A stretch of DNA of 63,137 nt, filler included. It is 3 parts of 3 records of this genome, joined end to end, with 100 filler letters (N's around TTAATTAATTAA, not from the genome) between each part and the next. Parts side by side here need not be neighbours in the genome. Positions count along the whole stretch, not along the records: positions 46,566 to 63,137 come from SRR20825019_539; 2 more parts are not named here. One strand, given 5' to 3'. The translations under genes were made by a program, and so were the position numbers. Below the pieces are notes generated by a model. The model did no database searches, was not told the DNA's origin, and saw nothing but the letters and a program-made list of their open reading frames with translations. Numbering within the stretch: the first letter of the stretch is position 1; every line of letters starts with the position of its first letter. Shown piece after piece: positions 62,347 to 63,137 of this stretch.

Positions 62347-63137
62347 ATGTCTGACCGCTATGCGAAATACCACAAGATGAAATTCGACTACCCGGCGGAC
62401 CGTGTTCTGCGTATTACGTTCGACCGGCCCGAGACTTTTAACTCTGTCGACTCTGAGATGCATACACAGATGACGGATATGTGGATCGATATCGACCGTG
62501 ACCCCGACATCAACGCGGTCATCGTAACCGGCGCGGGCAAGGCGTTTTCGGCCGGTGGCGATTTCAGCCTGATCGAAAAGATGATCGGGGATTCGCACGA
62601 GATCATGAAGACGTGGAAAGAGGCCAAGGACCTCGTCTACAATATCATCAATTGCAACAAGCCGATCATCTCCGCGATCAACGGCCCCGCCGCCGGTGCC
62701 GGGCTTGTGGTTGCCCTTCTTGCCGACATCTCGATCGCAGGGAAAAAGGCCAAGATCGTGGACGGCCACCCGCGTCTGGGCGTTGCCGCCGGGGACGTCG
62801 CGGCGATCATCTGGCCGTTGCTGACCTCGATGGCGAAGGCGAAATACTATCTGATGACCTGCAAACCAGTGTCGGGTGAAGAGGCCGAGCGCATCGGTCT
62901 GGTGTCGATGTGTGTCGAGGATGAAGAATTGCAACAAATTGCGCTCGATACGGCGACGGAACTGTCGAACGGCTCGCAGAGCGCGATCCGCTGGACCAAG
63001 TATTCGCTGAACAACTGGTTGCGTCAGGCCGGGCCTATCTTTGATGCTTCGACCGCGCTGGAGATGCTTGGCTTCATGGGTGAGGACGTCAAGGAAGGCG
63101 TTCTGTCGCACCGCGAGAAGCGCGCGCCGAACTTCCG
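62347..63137 (+). CDS. enoyl-CoA hydratase/isomerase family protein, running off the window end
   Basis: MSDRYAKY...AFSAGGDF...[15 protein letters not shown]...[12 protein letters not shown]; no stop before the window end. Confidence 0.9.
   Translation, partial: MSDRYAKYHKMKFDYPADRVLRITFDRPETFNSVDSEMHTQMTDMWIDIDRDPDINAVIVTGAGKAFSAGGDFSLIEKMIGDSHEIMKTWKEAKDLVYNIINCNKPIISAINGPAAGAGLVVALLADISIAGKKAKIVDGHPRLGVAAGDVAAIIWPLLTSMAKAKYYLMTCKPVSGEEAERIGLVSMCVEDEELQQIALDTATELSNGSQSAIRWTKYSLNNWLRQAGPIFDASTALEMLGFMGEDVKEGVLSHREKRAPNF

Overview
The window is three separate alphaproteobacterial-type contigs joined by artificial N spacers containing TTAATTAATTAA (26553-26652 and 46466-46565), so nothing can be inferred about adjacency across the gaps. 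Contig 1 (1-26552) is a GC-rich backbone: two L,D-transpeptidases, pyk, a DUF1036 protein, a GapR/DUF2312 protein, a racemase with an Lrp regulator, dxs and a YcbK/DUF882 protein. These are followed by catabolic uptake modules (GntR, split AtuA, peptide ABC transporter, carboxylesterase; ROK regulator with a sugar ABC transporter). Contig 2 (26653-46465) is an integrative mobile element beginning at a tRNA-Met-like att sequence. It carries a tyrosine integrase, hipBA, an excisionase-like gene, a VirD4-like coupling protein, ArdA, DUF736, a candidate oriT and MobC; an IS66 remnant sits where the relaxase would be expected. Its cargo holds the most interesting candidates: (i) a three-gene operon encoding a secreted two-repeat beta-rich protein, a small secreted Cys-pair protein and a CsgG/HfaB-like lipoprotein fused to a peptidoglycan-binding domain, a possible uncharacterised curli/holdfast-like fibre system; (ii) a FimB/E-like recombinase enclosed by its own inverted 26-bp sites, a putative self-inverting switch next to the lipoprotein-VirD4 genes; (iii) two paralogous half-SWIB-like proteins flanking an HExxH metallopeptidase-like gene. 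Contig 3 (46566-63137) is an acyl-CoA catabolic cluster with a recurring TCTAACA-N2-TGTTAGA operator. All family calls come from motif recognition by eye; no database searches were run.
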